From IMG/VR virus record IMGVR_UViG_3300042569_001270, positions 1-64,000 of that record: a stretch of 64,000 nucleotides of DNA. One strand, 5' to 3'. Shown piece after piece: positions 23,171-32,421 of this stretch (position 1 is the stretch's first letter; every line of letters starts with the position of its first letter). The notes under the pieces were generated by a model. The model did not search any database and had not been told where the DNA came from. It worked only from the letters and a program-made list of their open reading frames with translations. The position numbers were made by a program, and so were the translations under genes. Source of the DNA: a virus.

Positions 23171-24169
23171 ATGTCTGACGTGATTGATGATTTCTTCTCC
23201 GACGAGGAGCTTCTGAAGTCGATCTCAGAGCTTGACAACGAACTGGTCAAGGGCGTGAAGGGCTACGGCGGCGACGACGACTCCGGTACGCCGGAAGGCG
23301 ACAGCGAGTCTGATGACTCGTCGGACGAGTCGGACGAGTCGGACTCGTCGATGACTGCCGACGGCGACAGCGAGACTGCCTCGCCTCCCCCCTTCGCCAA
23401 GAAGTCGGTCAAGAAGGGCCTGCTCGGCGGCAAGGTCGTGAATCAGTCGAAGGACGGTCACGGTCCCGTTGACGAGGACGCCCCGAAGAACGAGATCACC
23501 CACGGTGGCCACAAGGGCAACAACATGGGCAAGGCGAGCCTGCCTGCCCAGAACGCTGCTCCGGGGATGGTCGCTCCGGGTTCCAAGAAGAAGGAACTCT
23601 TCCGCTCGCAGGACGAGGCTACCTCGGACGACGAGTCCTCGACCGGTCACGGCAAGGGCGGCCTCGCCAAGTCGTTCAGCGACGTGGCTTCGCCGGAAGC
23701 CGAGCGCACGCTCGACGTCACCCCGTTCCTCGCCGCGCAGGCTGAGACCCTCGACAGCATCGCGGAGGGGATCAATGCCCTCGCGAAGTCGCTCGACGGC
23801 TTCGGTCAGCAGGACGCCCTCGCGAAGTCGGTCGTTGACCTTGGTCGCGGGATGATCGACACTCGCAACCAGATCAAGGAGCTGTTTGAGTCGATCAACG
23901 ACATCCGCAAGGGTCTTCGCCTGCCGGTTCGTCAGGCCCCGAAGGCTTCGCTCTCGAAGAGCGTGAGCGCGGAGCAGGTCGAGCGGTTTGAGCAGAGCGC
24001 TCCGTCGCTCAGCAAGTCGCAGACGGCGGCCATCATCAGCGACCTCGTCATCAAGGGTGATGTTGATCCGATGGCGGTTTCGGCTTACGAGGCCACCGGC
24101 TGGATGGATCGGGCCACGGAGCAGGCGGTTCAGGCGGCAATTTCGGCGCGGTTTGCGCGCAGGGCGTAA
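23171..24169 (+). CDS. Probable capsid scaffold protein
   Basis: Acidic and disordered, then helical; many LxKS/KG sites; immediately upstream of the capsid gene. Start could be 23162 instead. Confidence 0.75.
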   Translation: MSDVIDDFFSDEELLKSISELDNELVKGVKGYGGDDDSGTPEGDSESDDSSDESDESDSSMTADGDSETASPPPFAKKSVKKGLLGGKVVNQSKDGHGPVDEDAPKNEITHGGHKGNNMGKASLPAQNAAPGMVAPGSKKKELFRSQDEATSDDESSTGHGKGGLAKSFSDVASPEAERTLDVTPFLAAQAETLDSIAEGINALAKSLDGFGQQDALAKSVVDLGRGMIDTRNQIKELFESINDIRKGLRLPVRQAPKASLSKSVSAEQVERFEQSAPSLSKSQTAAIISDLVIKGDVDPMAVSAYEATGWMDRATEQAVQAAISARFARRA

Positions 24170-24228
24170 GGGTCAGAGGCAACTTTCACAAAGGTGGTCT
24201 CTGACCACCAGACAGACAGGAGAGATCG

Positions 24229-25725
24229 ATGGACAACATGGTTTCGATGAATGACTACGCCGATCTGCTCGGCGGAGCCGTCGCTGGTGGCGCTGCCTCC
24301 CCGGAGCAGGTCGATCAGCTGAACAAGGCCCTCTCGGCTGGTACCGCCCGTGGCGGTAACGAAGGAAGCGCGAACGCTGGCGACGGCTCGTCGCTCCGCA
24401 TGGAGTCCCTTGAGGAGACCCTCAAGGTGATCACCTACCGCGAGGAGATGATCAAGCTCTGGCGGCGAGTGAAGAAGAAGGCCGCGTACAACACGGTCGA
24501 GGAGTACAACCTTCTCAAGGAGTACGGCGGCGACGCTGGCGTGTTCACCCTTGAGGGTGAGCTTCCTGAGACGGTGGACTCCACGCTGGAGCGCAAGACC
24601 GCTCTGGTGAAGTTCCTCGGCGTCGTGGGCGAGGTCACCCACCCGATGATGCTCGTGCGTTCGGCGCACGGCAACGTCGTGGCGCTTGAGATTCAGAACA
24701 AGACGCGCCACCTCCTCCGCCAGATCGAGGTCTCGCTCTTCAACGGGCGTCAGGACAACGTCTCGGTCGAGTGGGACGGCTACTTCAAGCAGATTTTCGA
24801 CGGCATTGGGATCACTGATCTCAACACCGGTCTGTACTCGGCCACCGACGTCATCGGTGGTGACTCGACCTACGGCAAGACGGTCGTGATCGACTGCCGT
24901 GGTGGCAAGATTGACGAGGAGAAGATCGAAGCCGCGTCGAACTTCGGTCTCCAGAACTACGGTCAGCTGAACACCCTGTGGCTCGCGCCGCAGGCCAAGT
25001 CGGACCTCGTGAAGGAGTTCTACCCCCGTCAGCGCGTTCAGCTGCCCCCGCCGGTCAACGGCAAGGTCGGCATGAGCGTCAGCGAGGTCGAGACCTCGGC
25101 TGGCCTGATCTCGCTTGAGGCCGACATCTTCCTCCGCTCGGGAGCGAAGCACGGCGTCAAGACGGCCCCGGTGGCGGCGACGTCGTCCAAGGCCCCGAAC
25201 GCCCCGTCGAACGCGATCTGGGCGGCTGCCGCGACGAACACGAAGTCGATGTTCAAGGCGGCGGACGCTGGCCTCTACAACTACTCGGTCACGGCTGTGA
25301 ACCGCTACGGCGAGTCGCTTCCGTTCTCGGTGGTGTCCTCGGTTGCGCACGAGGCCGGTAAGGCCGCTGTGCTCACGATCACGGACGGTGGCTACGGCTC
25401 GGGCGCTGCTGCCGCGACCTGCTACAAGATTTACCGGTCGGCAGTCGGCGGCGCGGGTGATCGCCAGCTGCTCACCACGGTGAAGCGCGATGCGGCCACG
25501 ACGGCGTTCACGGACTACAACTGGTTCCTCCCCGGCACGTCGATGGCGTGGATGAGCGAGGAGGATGACGCGGAGCACCACAGCTTCCGTCAGCTCGCCC
25601 CGCTGATGCGCATCCCGCTCGCGACGGTTGCGGCCAGCATGCGCTGGATGCAGCTGCTCTACGGCACGCCGCTGCTCTACAAGCCGCGCCAGAACGTGGT
25701 GTTCGTAAACGTGAAGGACAGCTAA
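24229..25725 (+). CDS. Major capsid protein (SPO1/Twort-type, N-terminal propeptide ending near LNKA)
   Basis: SLRMESLEETLKVIT, AYNTVEEY, Ig-like insertion (YSVTAVNRYGES), C-terminal QLAPLMRIPLA...LYGTPLL; strongest codon bias in the window. Confidence 0.93.
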   Translation: MDNMVSMNDYADLLGGAVAGGAASPEQVDQLNKALSAGTARGGNEGSANAGDGSSLRMESLEETLKVITYREEMIKLWRRVKKKAAYNTVEEYNLLKEYGGDAGVFTLEGELPETVDSTLERKTALVKFLGVVGEVTHPMMLVRSAHGNVVALEIQNKTRHLLRQIEVSLFNGRQDNVSVEWDGYFKQIFDGIGITDLNTGLYSATDVIGGDSTYGKTVVIDCRGGKIDEEKIEAASNFGLQNYGQLNTLWLAPQAKSDLVKEFYPRQRVQLPPPVNGKVGMSVSEVETSAGLISLEADIFLRSGAKHGVKTAPVAATSSKAPNAPSNAIWAAAATNTKSMFKAADAGLYNYSVTAVNRYGESLPFSVVSSVAHEAGKAAVLTITDGGYGSGAAAATCYKIYRSAVGGAGDRQLLTTVKRDAATTAFTDYNWFLPGTSMAWMSEEDDAEHHSFRQLAPLMRIPLATVAASMRWMQLLYGTPLLYKPRQNVVFVNVKDS

Positions 25726-25754
25726 GCCTCGGCTGCTGATCCCTAATGCGAGCG

Positions 25755-25788
25755 GGCCGGTAGCTGGGAGACTGGCTACCGGCCTTCT
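25755..25788 (+). terminator. Probable terminator/attenuator hairpin after the capsid gene
   Basis: GGCCGGTAGCTGG-GAGA-CTGGCTACCGGCC followed by TTCT. Confidence 0.65.
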
Positions 25789-25808
25789 CGCTTGATAAGG
25801 AGTCTGAG

Positions 25809-26036
25809 ATGGGTGTGAAGATCAAGTTTGTGCCTCACGCGTTCTCTGGCAGTGTCGTCACCTCTGCCGGTGAAGTCGTCGTCGTGGACAACGAGGCCGA
25901 GGTGTCGTCGGAGCAGGCAGCTGCTCTCGTTGGCACGGGTCTCTGGGTGAAGGCGAACTCGACCGCTGGCCTCCCGAAGGTCAACGACCAGATCACCGAC
26001 GCCGTGACGGCTGCACCGTCGAAGAAGAAGCAGTAA
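25809..26036 (+). CDS. Small hypothetical virion/assembly protein
   Basis: AAGGAG SD; position right after the capsid gene. Confidence 0.7.
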   Translation: MGVKIKFVPHAFSGSVVTSAGEVVVVDNEAEVSSEQAAALVGTGLWVKANSTAGLPKVNDQITDAVTAAPSKKKQ

Positions 26037-26057
26037 GCTCGTCGCGAGGAGAGGCCA

Positions 26058-26870
26058 ATGGCGATCCATTCTCTGTTCGGTAAGCTCAGCGATCTCACGC
26101 CCGCCTACGTCAAGGGGCGGTACCTTATTGATCTCGCTGATAGGCTTGTCCTGCAGGATGGGTCGCCTTGGCCCGACCTTGCTTACGATCACGCCATCGA
26201 GACGGCCATCGTGCGGTTTCAGGAGGCGACACAGGTCAACATCCTGTCGACTCCCATTGAGCGTGATCCCTACGATTTTGATCTTCGCGACTACAACAAC
26301 TTCGCGTACTTCAGCCTCAATCAGCGACCCGTAAAGCATCTCACCAAGTTCGAGGTGAAATGGCCCTCGTCCGACATCTACACGGAATGGCCTCTGGCGT
26401 GGGTGAAGCTGCAGCCCATGAGCGGGCAGCTTCGCCTCGTGCCCACGGGCGGTACCATCGCGCAGGTGCTGCTTGGGCAGGGATCGCAGTATCTCCCGCT
26501 TCTGGCGGGCAACTACTCGCTGGTCCCTCAGCTGTTCTACATCAGCTACGTTCCCGGCTTCCCCAACGACGACATTCCGAAGACGATCCTCGACTGCATC
26601 TGCAAGATGGCGGTCATCGAGCTTCTGACGGTCGCCAGCGACACGATCTACAAGCCCGGCGTGACGAGCTACAGCATCGGTAAGGACGGCGTCACTGAGA
26701 GCATCGGTATTATGAATAACGGTCGCCTGCCCGCAGTCTTCGGCAGCCGGATCGGGTTCTACATGCGCCAGTTGTATGGGAACGTCGATTCGTCGATGTG
26801 GGACGGCAACGGCGGCGACCTCGGGCACATCAGGAAGACGTACCGCACGATGTCGATGTCCGTGGCGTAG
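26058..26870 (+). CDS. Head-tail connector (neck) protein
   Basis: Position; YDFD...Y, ISYVPGF, PGVTSYSIGKDGVTES motif. Confidence 0.75.
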   Translation: MAIHSLFGKLSDLTPAYVKGRYLIDLADRLVLQDGSPWPDLAYDHAIETAIVRFQEATQVNILSTPIERDPYDFDLRDYNNFAYFSLNQRPVKHLTKFEVKWPSSDIYTEWPLAWVKLQPMSGQLRLVPTGGTIAQVLLGQGSQYLPLLAGNYSLVPQLFYISYVPGFPNDDIPKTILDCICKMAVIELLTVASDTIYKPGVTSYSIGKDGVTESIGIMNNGRLPAVFGSRIGFYMRQLYGNVDSSMWDGNGGDLGHIRKTYRTMSMSVA

Positions 26871-26878
26871 GAGGCAGC

Positions 26879-27631
26879 ATGGCTCTTCTCTCCAAGAACC
26901 CCTTCAGCCCGTTCGGCGGCCCTCGTCTGTCTCAAAAGGACTTCGAGTCGCTTGGGCGTGAGCAGGGCTATCGGGTTAAGTGGGAGAAGGCGATGTACTG
27001 CCCTCGCCGCATCAACAACGACTTTGATAAGCACGACATGAACTGCCCTGTGTGCGAGTCGCGCTTTGGTATTATTTATTTTGACCCTAAAGTGACTGAC
27101 CCTTACGGACAGGACCTTCGGGCCATCGTGACCGGTATTCCGCAGGAACAGCAGTACCGAGCAGAGGGCTACACCGACGCAGGTTCTGCCTATGTCAGCC
27201 TGCCGCCCAAGATGACGCCCAACTACGGCGACCGCATCTGGCTCCTTGAGTCCCGTATGCGCGTGTCACAGGTCCTGAAGCGCGGTCCTACGGACATCGA
27301 CAAGCTCAAGTACAAGGCCATCCCTGCGAGCCAGAACGGCGGCATCCTGTACGTTGTGGACGGCAACGGCGTGAACCACACGGGCAACGTGGTCCTGACA
27401 CCGGGGAGCGGACAACAGGACGGCTGTGATCTGCAGTGGGTGCAGAACGCTCCGCCCGAGGGTGCCACCTTCTCTGTGATGTACTACCGTACGCCCGCAT
27501 ACATTATTGTTGATCTTCCTCACATCATCCGCGACAACCTGCGCGAGGGAGACGACGTTAACGAGGACCTCGGTACGCAGGCGCTTTGCAAGCTCGACTT
27601 CCTCATCAGGGACGAGTCTCTCGGAGGCTGA
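26879..27631 (+). CDS. Neck / head-closure protein
   Basis: AGGAGG SD; WEKAMYCP...CPVC zinc motif typical of this position in SPO1/Twort-like phages. Confidence 0.72.
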   Translation: MALLSKNPFSPFGGPRLSQKDFESLGREQGYRVKWEKAMYCPRRINNDFDKHDMNCPVCESRFGIIYFDPKVTDPYGQDLRAIVTGIPQEQQYRAEGYTDAGSAYVSLPPKMTPNYGDRIWLLESRMRVSQVLKRGPTDIDKLKYKAIPASQNGGILYVVDGNGVNHTGNVVLTPGSGQQDGCDLQWVQNAPPEGATFSVMYYRTPAYIIVDLPHIIRDNLREGDDVNEDLGTQALCKLDFLIRDESLGG

Positions 27632-27632
27632 C

Positions 27633-28439
27633 ATGGCTTCGCGCGACGTTGACGACATTGTTAAGATGGTCGAAGACTTCGCTACCGAGCGGGCGCTAGA
27701 GGCTGTTCGTAACTTTATCAACGAACAGCTTGCTGCTTCTCATGTTGGGGAATGGCGTCGCAAGAAGTACCTCGACGGTCTGCAGCTTCGGTACGACACG
27801 CAGAGCAGGGCACTCGACTTTCACTTTACAGACTCGAAGGCTGAAGAGGTCGAGAAGGGCGTTCCCCCTATTGATCTTAAAAAGCACTTTGCTAAGTCCC
27901 CCAAGCTCAAGAAGACGATTTCGACCGAGGCCGGTGAAACGAAGAACGGCTGGTACGTCGATGTGCCTTTCTACTTCGCCTCCTCGTCAGAGATGGCCGC
28001 TTTCAAGTCAGGCTCTCTGGACGTTGGTAGGAATCTTTTTTATCAAGCACGCGAAGACACTGAAGCAGCCATGCTGAAGCTCCCTGATGCACTGAAGGAG
28101 CGACTGCGGGCTGACAAGGCAACCAAGAAGGGTCCCGCAACCGAGGGCACTGAGGTGAAGCTTCGACCAGAGCACCGCGTCGGGCTGCTCGCGGACGTGA
28201 TGCTTCAGCCCAAGGCAGCGACTGTTATGGGTGGTCTGTCCATCGACAACCACAAGGGCAACCGCTCGGTTGGTCGTGATCTTGGCCCGATGCACTTCAA
28301 CACGATCCGCCGCATCGGTAGCGAGTCTCCCGCAGAGTCTTGGTGGGTCCCGGCTCAACCCGGCCTGAACTTGGAAGACGCAGCACAACGATTATTCTAC
28401 GACGTCGCCAGCGGGATCATCGACGGCGTAATGACCTGA
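27633..28439 (+). CDS. Neck/tail-completion region protein
   Basis: GGAGG SD; WYVDVPF and RRIGSESPAESW motifs; synteny. Confidence 0.65.
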   Translation: MASRDVDDIVKMVEDFATERALEAVRNFINEQLAASHVGEWRRKKYLDGLQLRYDTQSRALDFHFTDSKAEEVEKGVPPIDLKKHFAKSPKLKKTISTEAGETKNGWYVDVPFYFASSSEMAAFKSGSLDVGRNLFYQAREDTEAAMLKLPDALKERLRADKATKKGPATEGTEVKLRPEHRVGLLADVMLQPKAATVMGGLSIDNHKGNRSVGRDLGPMHFNTIRRIGSESPAESWWVPAQPGLNLEDAAQRLFYDVASGIIDGVMT

Positions 28440-28447
28440 GGTTAATA

Positions 28448-29092
28448 ATGGCTGCTGTCGCACCAGAAATACTGCTGAGCAACCTGCTCAACGGCGGGTT
28501 CGCTGCTCTGAAGGCCGACTACGACCTCGTGTCCGACGTCTTCTCAACCCTCTCGTCGGGCGAACGCGCAGAGTTGCGGGAGTTCTTTAGTAAAGAGATC
28601 ATCACCGTCCGCATCGGAAAGCCTCCGCGCGGCCCTGACTACCGAGTTCCGCTGGTCGTGATTGAGGCCATCAGCGACGAGGAAGTTGCTGAGCAGGACT
28701 TGCTTGGCGATCAACTGTACGACTTTGAAGACAGCATGGAGTACGGGGCCGCCGAAGGGGTCCGTCTCAGGAGTACCTACAACCTCGTCATGGTCGGTAA
28801 GGACAACCGGCAGGCCCGTATCCTCTACAGGACGACAGTTGCACTGTTGATCCTTTACAGGTACGACCTAGAGAACGCTGGCTTCCAAAACCGGCGAATG
28901 AGTGGTAACAGGGACGTTGTCGTTGATCTAGGTGCTGACCCGCTTGAAGGCAAAGTGATGAGCATCACGGGCGAGCACTGGTTTTCAGTCAGAAGGTCAG
29001 AGAGGCTTTCCCCGTTGGTTATTAACGTTGCAATCACCAGCGAGGTCCCCGACATCGGCGGGGTCAGTTCGGACGTCAACCCGACTGTGTAG
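28448..29092 (+). CDS. Probable tail terminator/completion protein
   Basis: Immediately upstream of the sheath gene; GAGG SD. Confidence 0.62.
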   Translation: MAAVAPEILLSNLLNGGFAALKADYDLVSDVFSTLSSGERAELREFFSKEIITVRIGKPPRGPDYRVPLVVIEAISDEEVAEQDLLGDQLYDFEDSMEYGAAEGVRLRSTYNLVMVGKDNRQARILYRTTVALLILYRYDLENAGFQNRRMSGNRDVVVDLGADPLEGKVMSITGEHWFSVRRSERLSPLVINVAITSEVPDIGGVSSDVNPTV

Positions 29093-29136
29093 ACAGTCAC
29101 GCTTGGTAGCGGTAGCCTTTAACAGAGGAGAGTCCC

Positions 29137-30975
29137 ATGTCGCAGATCGTCTATTTCAACGGCACTAGGTTGGTTCGCCCCGGCGGTGCCTCGAAGCTCG
29201 ACGCTTCATCCTTCGAGGGCGTGACTGTCGAGGGCATCGGCAGCATCGGGATCATCGGTGAGGCCGACAACGGTGAAGATGGTGTCGCCATCGCCTTCAC
29301 CAACGCCTCCGCGATGGAGCAGTACTTCGGCAGCGGCGCTCTCGCCAACGCCGCGCGTGTGGCCTTCAGGCCGCTGAGCGACGCTCGCGTGGGCGACGCC
29401 AAGGCCCAGACGGTCTACGCCTACAAGACCAACGCGGGTACGGCGGCTTCGCTGAACCTCGCTGACGGTACCTCCGTGGTGAAGCTGACGGCTGCCAAGA
29501 AGGGCACCATCGGCAACACCTACACGGCGCTGGTCTCGTACGACGGCACCACCAAGCGGCGGACGTACACGATCACCCCCAACAGCAGCTCCGGCCTCAG
29601 GCAGGAGAGGATCGTTGTTAACGAGGGTGCCAAGCTCAAGATTTGGTACAAGGGCGCGGGTACGGTTCCCAAGGTCTTTACGACTGCCGACTCGACGAAC
29701 ATCGGCTGGCTGCAGAAGATCACCCTGAACGCGACGACCACGCCTGCGGATCAGGACAAGCTGGAGATCGCGTTTGACGACGGGACGATCTCGTCCATTC
29801 AGGACCTTGCCACCCGCATCAACGGGTCGCTGAACACCGCTGGCACCCCTGTGAACGTCTGGGGTGCCACGGTCGTCAGCACGTCGGACGCCCTTCGCTT
29901 CCACCCGCGCACGCTCGACACCATCGCTTCCCCCGGCCCCACCGTGGGTACGGCGGAGGTCAGCGCGACGGACATCTCGGGTCTGCTGCAGGACTCGCTG
30001 GATGCGATCAACAACAGCCTGACGCTGGTGACGGCGGCCCTGCCTGCTTCGTTCACGAAGCGCTCTGTGCCGGTGGCGTTCACCGAGCCGCTGCAGCTGA
30101 CCGGCGGCGCACTCGGTACGACTGCTGTGGGTGCTCTCCAGACCGCTCTGGACAGATTCAAGGCCATCGACGTTCCGGGCCTTGTGATCACCAGCACGGA
30201 CGCTGCGAGCATCAAGCTCCTTGCGAATCACTGCACGGAGATGTCGAGCACCGGATCAAGCAAGAAGGAGCGCACGGGCTACGCGGGCGTCACTGGCTCC
30301 AAGGCGGAGATTCTTGCGTGCGCTGGGCAGAACGCTGGGTGCGCCGACCTCGTTCTGACCTGTCAGAAGTGGCACACGGTTGATCGCTTTGCGAACAACG
30401 TGGTCTACCCTGAGTGGGCTTCCGCTCTTGCTCTTTGCTCCGCTCGCGCGGGCCTTGAGCCGGGCGAGCCGCTGACGTGGAAGTTCTTCTCGGCCACCGA
30501 CATCTCGTCGGCCAACACCGCTTGGACTCCGCAGGGCGACGCTGAGGACCTCATCCTCGGTGGTGTGTGCGTGTTCGAGCGCAACCGCTCGGGCGTCAAG
30601 CTGCTGAAGGGCATCACGACCTACACGCAGTTTGATAACGACGTGTTTGTCGAGGAGTCCATCATCACGAACGTGAAGGCCATGTCGAAGGAGTTCCGTG
30701 AGCTTCTGGAGCTTCGCTACACGGGCCGCAAGGCCACTCCGGCGATCCTCGGAGATATGCGGGCCACTGCCGTGGAGTTCTGGGGTCAGAAGCGTGCGCA
30801 GGGCCGGATCGTGGACTCCGTCGTCAACGGGCAGACGACGAAGTTTGCCTACCGGAACCTCTTGATCTCAGCCAACCGTGATCAGGTGTTCGTGGACGTC
30901 GAGATCAGCCCGGTCTCCGGCATCAACTTCCAGCTTGAGACGATCCGTCTCGTCCCGGCGACGCTGAGCGTCTAA
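29137..30975 (+). CDS. Tail sheath protein
   Basis: N-terminal FNG...RPG, IIGEADNG, HCTEMS, GEPLTWK, KGITTY, C-terminal ISPVSGINF. Confidence 0.93.
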   Translation: MSQIVYFNGTRLVRPGGASKLDASSFEGVTVEGIGSIGIIGEADNGEDGVAIAFTNASAMEQYFGSGALANAARVAFRPLSDARVGDAKAQTVYAYKTNAGTAASLNLADGTSVVKLTAAKKGTIGNTYTALVSYDGTTKRRTYTITPNSSSGLRQERIVVNEGAKLKIWYKGAGTVPKVFTTADSTNIGWLQKITLNATTTPADQDKLEIAFDDGTISSIQDLATRINGSLNTAGTPVNVWGATVVSTSDALRFHPRTLDTIASPGPTVGTAEVSATDISGLLQDSLDAINNSLTLVTAALPASFTKRSVPVAFTEPLQLTGGALGTTAVGALQTALDRFKAIDVPGLVITSTDAASIKLLANHCTEMSSTGSSKKERTGYAGVTGSKAEILACAGQNAGCADLVLTCQKWHTVDRFANNVVYPEWASALALCSARAGLEPGEPLTWKFFSATDISSANTAWTPQGDAEDLILGGVCVFERNRSGVKLLKGITTYTQFDNDVFVEESIITNVKAMSKEFRELLELRYTGRKATPAILGDMRATAVEFWGQKRAQGRIVDSVVNGQTTKFAYRNLLISANRDQVFVDVEISPVSGINFQLETIRLVPATLSV

Positions 30976-31002
30976 GCCCTTCACACGAGAGAGAGGTGAC
31001 AC

Positions 31003-31512
31003 ATGGCTGTCCTTACTGGTTCACGAGCGTTGTTCAAGATGAACGTTGCTGGAGGTGCTGAGGCCAAGGTTGGCTACGCCTTCGGCGTAGACATCGACGA
31101 AGAGATCATGCACGAGGAGGTCCAGACGCTGGACTCCCTCTCGGTCACGGAGCACGTTCCCGTTGCCTACCGCGTGAACATGTCCGCCGAGTTGTTCCGC
31201 ACCATCCCCACGGGCGGTAAGACCGTCGTCGGTGAGGACGGCGTGTCGAAGGACTCGACAGCGCTCGCGCAGGGCATGAAGGAAGCGGGCCTGATGGCGA
31301 GGATCGGTAACGGTGACTCTGCCGCCCTCACGCAGGCGCTTCTCGTGGCCAAGCTGTACGATGCGGGCGCGAACAACGCTGCCATCGGAGAGGTCTCTGG
31401 CGTGCGCGTGGTCAGCAATCGCTTCTCGGTGCGTGCCCGCCAGATCGTTGCTGACAACGTCCGCTTCGTCGCTCGGCGCTTCAAGGACTACTCGGAGTTG
31501 TTCCCGACGTAG
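31003..31512 (+). CDS. Tail tube protein
   Basis: Follows the sheath; VLTGSRA, KVGYA, EHVPVAY and C-terminal NVRFVA. Confidence 0.85.
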   Translation: MAVLTGSRALFKMNVAGGAEAKVGYAFGVDIDEEIMHEEVQTLDSLSVTEHVPVAYRVNMSAELFRTIPTGGKTVVGEDGVSKDSTALAQGMKEAGLMARIGNGDSAALTQALLVAKLYDAGANNAAIGEVSGVRVVSNRFSVRARQIVADNVRFVARRFKDYSELFPT

Positions 31513-31542
31513 TGGCGTTATCAAGACGGTTCTGGTAGAAGG

Positions 31543-31571
31543 AGCCTGCGGAGAAATCCGCAGGCTTTTTT
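31543..31571 (+). terminator. Rho-independent terminator
   Basis: AGCCTGCGGA-GAAA-TCCGCAGGCT followed by TTTTT. Confidence 0.9.
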
Positions 31572-31589
31572 CTTAACAAGGGAGCAACC

Positions 31590-32030
31590 ATGACGACCGA
31601 GAACGACATCGAGCTGAAGGAAGAGATCGCAGAATACGCCGAGATCGGTGAGGACCTGAAGCCGGGGCAGACTCGTGTGCAGGCCATCGAGGCCGACGCG
31701 AAGGTCAAGCGCTTCAAGAACAGTCACACGTTCCTGTTCGAGCACAACTCCGCTCTTGATAAGCGCGTGTTCTCTGGGACGATCACAATCAAGCGCCTCA
31801 ACATCGGTGAGCTGGCTCGGGCCGAGACGGAGATCGCTCGCCGCAACACTGGCCTCAACCCTAGCGATCCGATTTCGTTCTTCAACGAGCGGCTCATCAC
31901 TGTGACCTCGCGCGTCGTCGATGGACCGGACTGGGCGAAGAACGTCGAGAACAGCGACGAGCTTCACGATCCTCTTGTCGTCCAGCGCTTGTGGGAAGAG
32001 GTGCAGAAGTACGAAAACTCGTTTCGTTGA
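31590..32030 (+). CDS. Tail assembly chaperone (short form)
   Basis: Between tube and tape measure; ends TCG TTT CGT TGA. Confidence 0.78.
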   Translation: MTTENDIELKEEIAEYAEIGEDLKPGQTRVQAIEADAKVKRFKNSHTFLFEHNSALDKRVFSGTITIKRLNIGELARAETEIARRNTGLNPSDPISFFNERLITVTSRVVDGPDWAKNVENSDELHDPLVVQRLWEEVQKYENSFR

Positions 32031-32412
32031 GTTTTATCAACAACGACTCAAGGGTCTTCGTAAGATCGCTGAAGAGAATCTGAAGAGCGAGTTCCTCCGT
32101 CGGTACATCTGCAAGAAGTACATGATGCCACCGACGGACCCTCGCTACCTCGCCTACACGCCAGAAGCCCTCTGGATCGAGTGGTTCGAGGACATGCTGG
32201 AGAAGGACCCTGACAAGCTCAAGGAAGCCTTCGTCACCAAGGAAGAGGCGAACGGAGCGGTCTTCACTGGGAACAAGGCCTTCGACGAGGCTGAGGCTCT
32301 GGCCGTGAGCGGCGACTACGCTGCTCTGGACAGGCTTACGTCGTCTTGGGACACTGGATCGTCACCCGTCGAAGAGCCTCCAGAAGAAGGGTTTGTCGAC
32401 GTCTACAAGTAG
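32023..32412 (+). CDS. Tail assembly chaperone C-terminal extension, likely reached by +1 frameshift
   Basis: Open +1 frame (FVEFYQQRLKGLRK...PPTDPRYLAYT) with no convincing start of its own. Confidence 0.68.
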   Translation, partial: FVEFYQQRLKGLRKIAEENLKSEFLRRYICKKYMMPPTDPRYLAYTPEALWIEWFEDMLEKDPDKLKEAFVTKEEANGAVFTGNKAFDEAEALAVSGDYAALDRLTSSWDTGSSPVEEPPEEGFVDVYK

Positions 32413-32421
32413 GGAGCTTCG

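Noticed and set aside
24130-25581. 483-aa minus-strand ORF, and similar long antisense ORFs (e.g. 29206-30231, 60609-61856, 13076-14071)
   Set aside because: Shadow ORFs opposite strongly codon-biased genes (capsid, sheath, nrdJ); no motifs, and the GC-rich codon pattern suppresses antisense stops.
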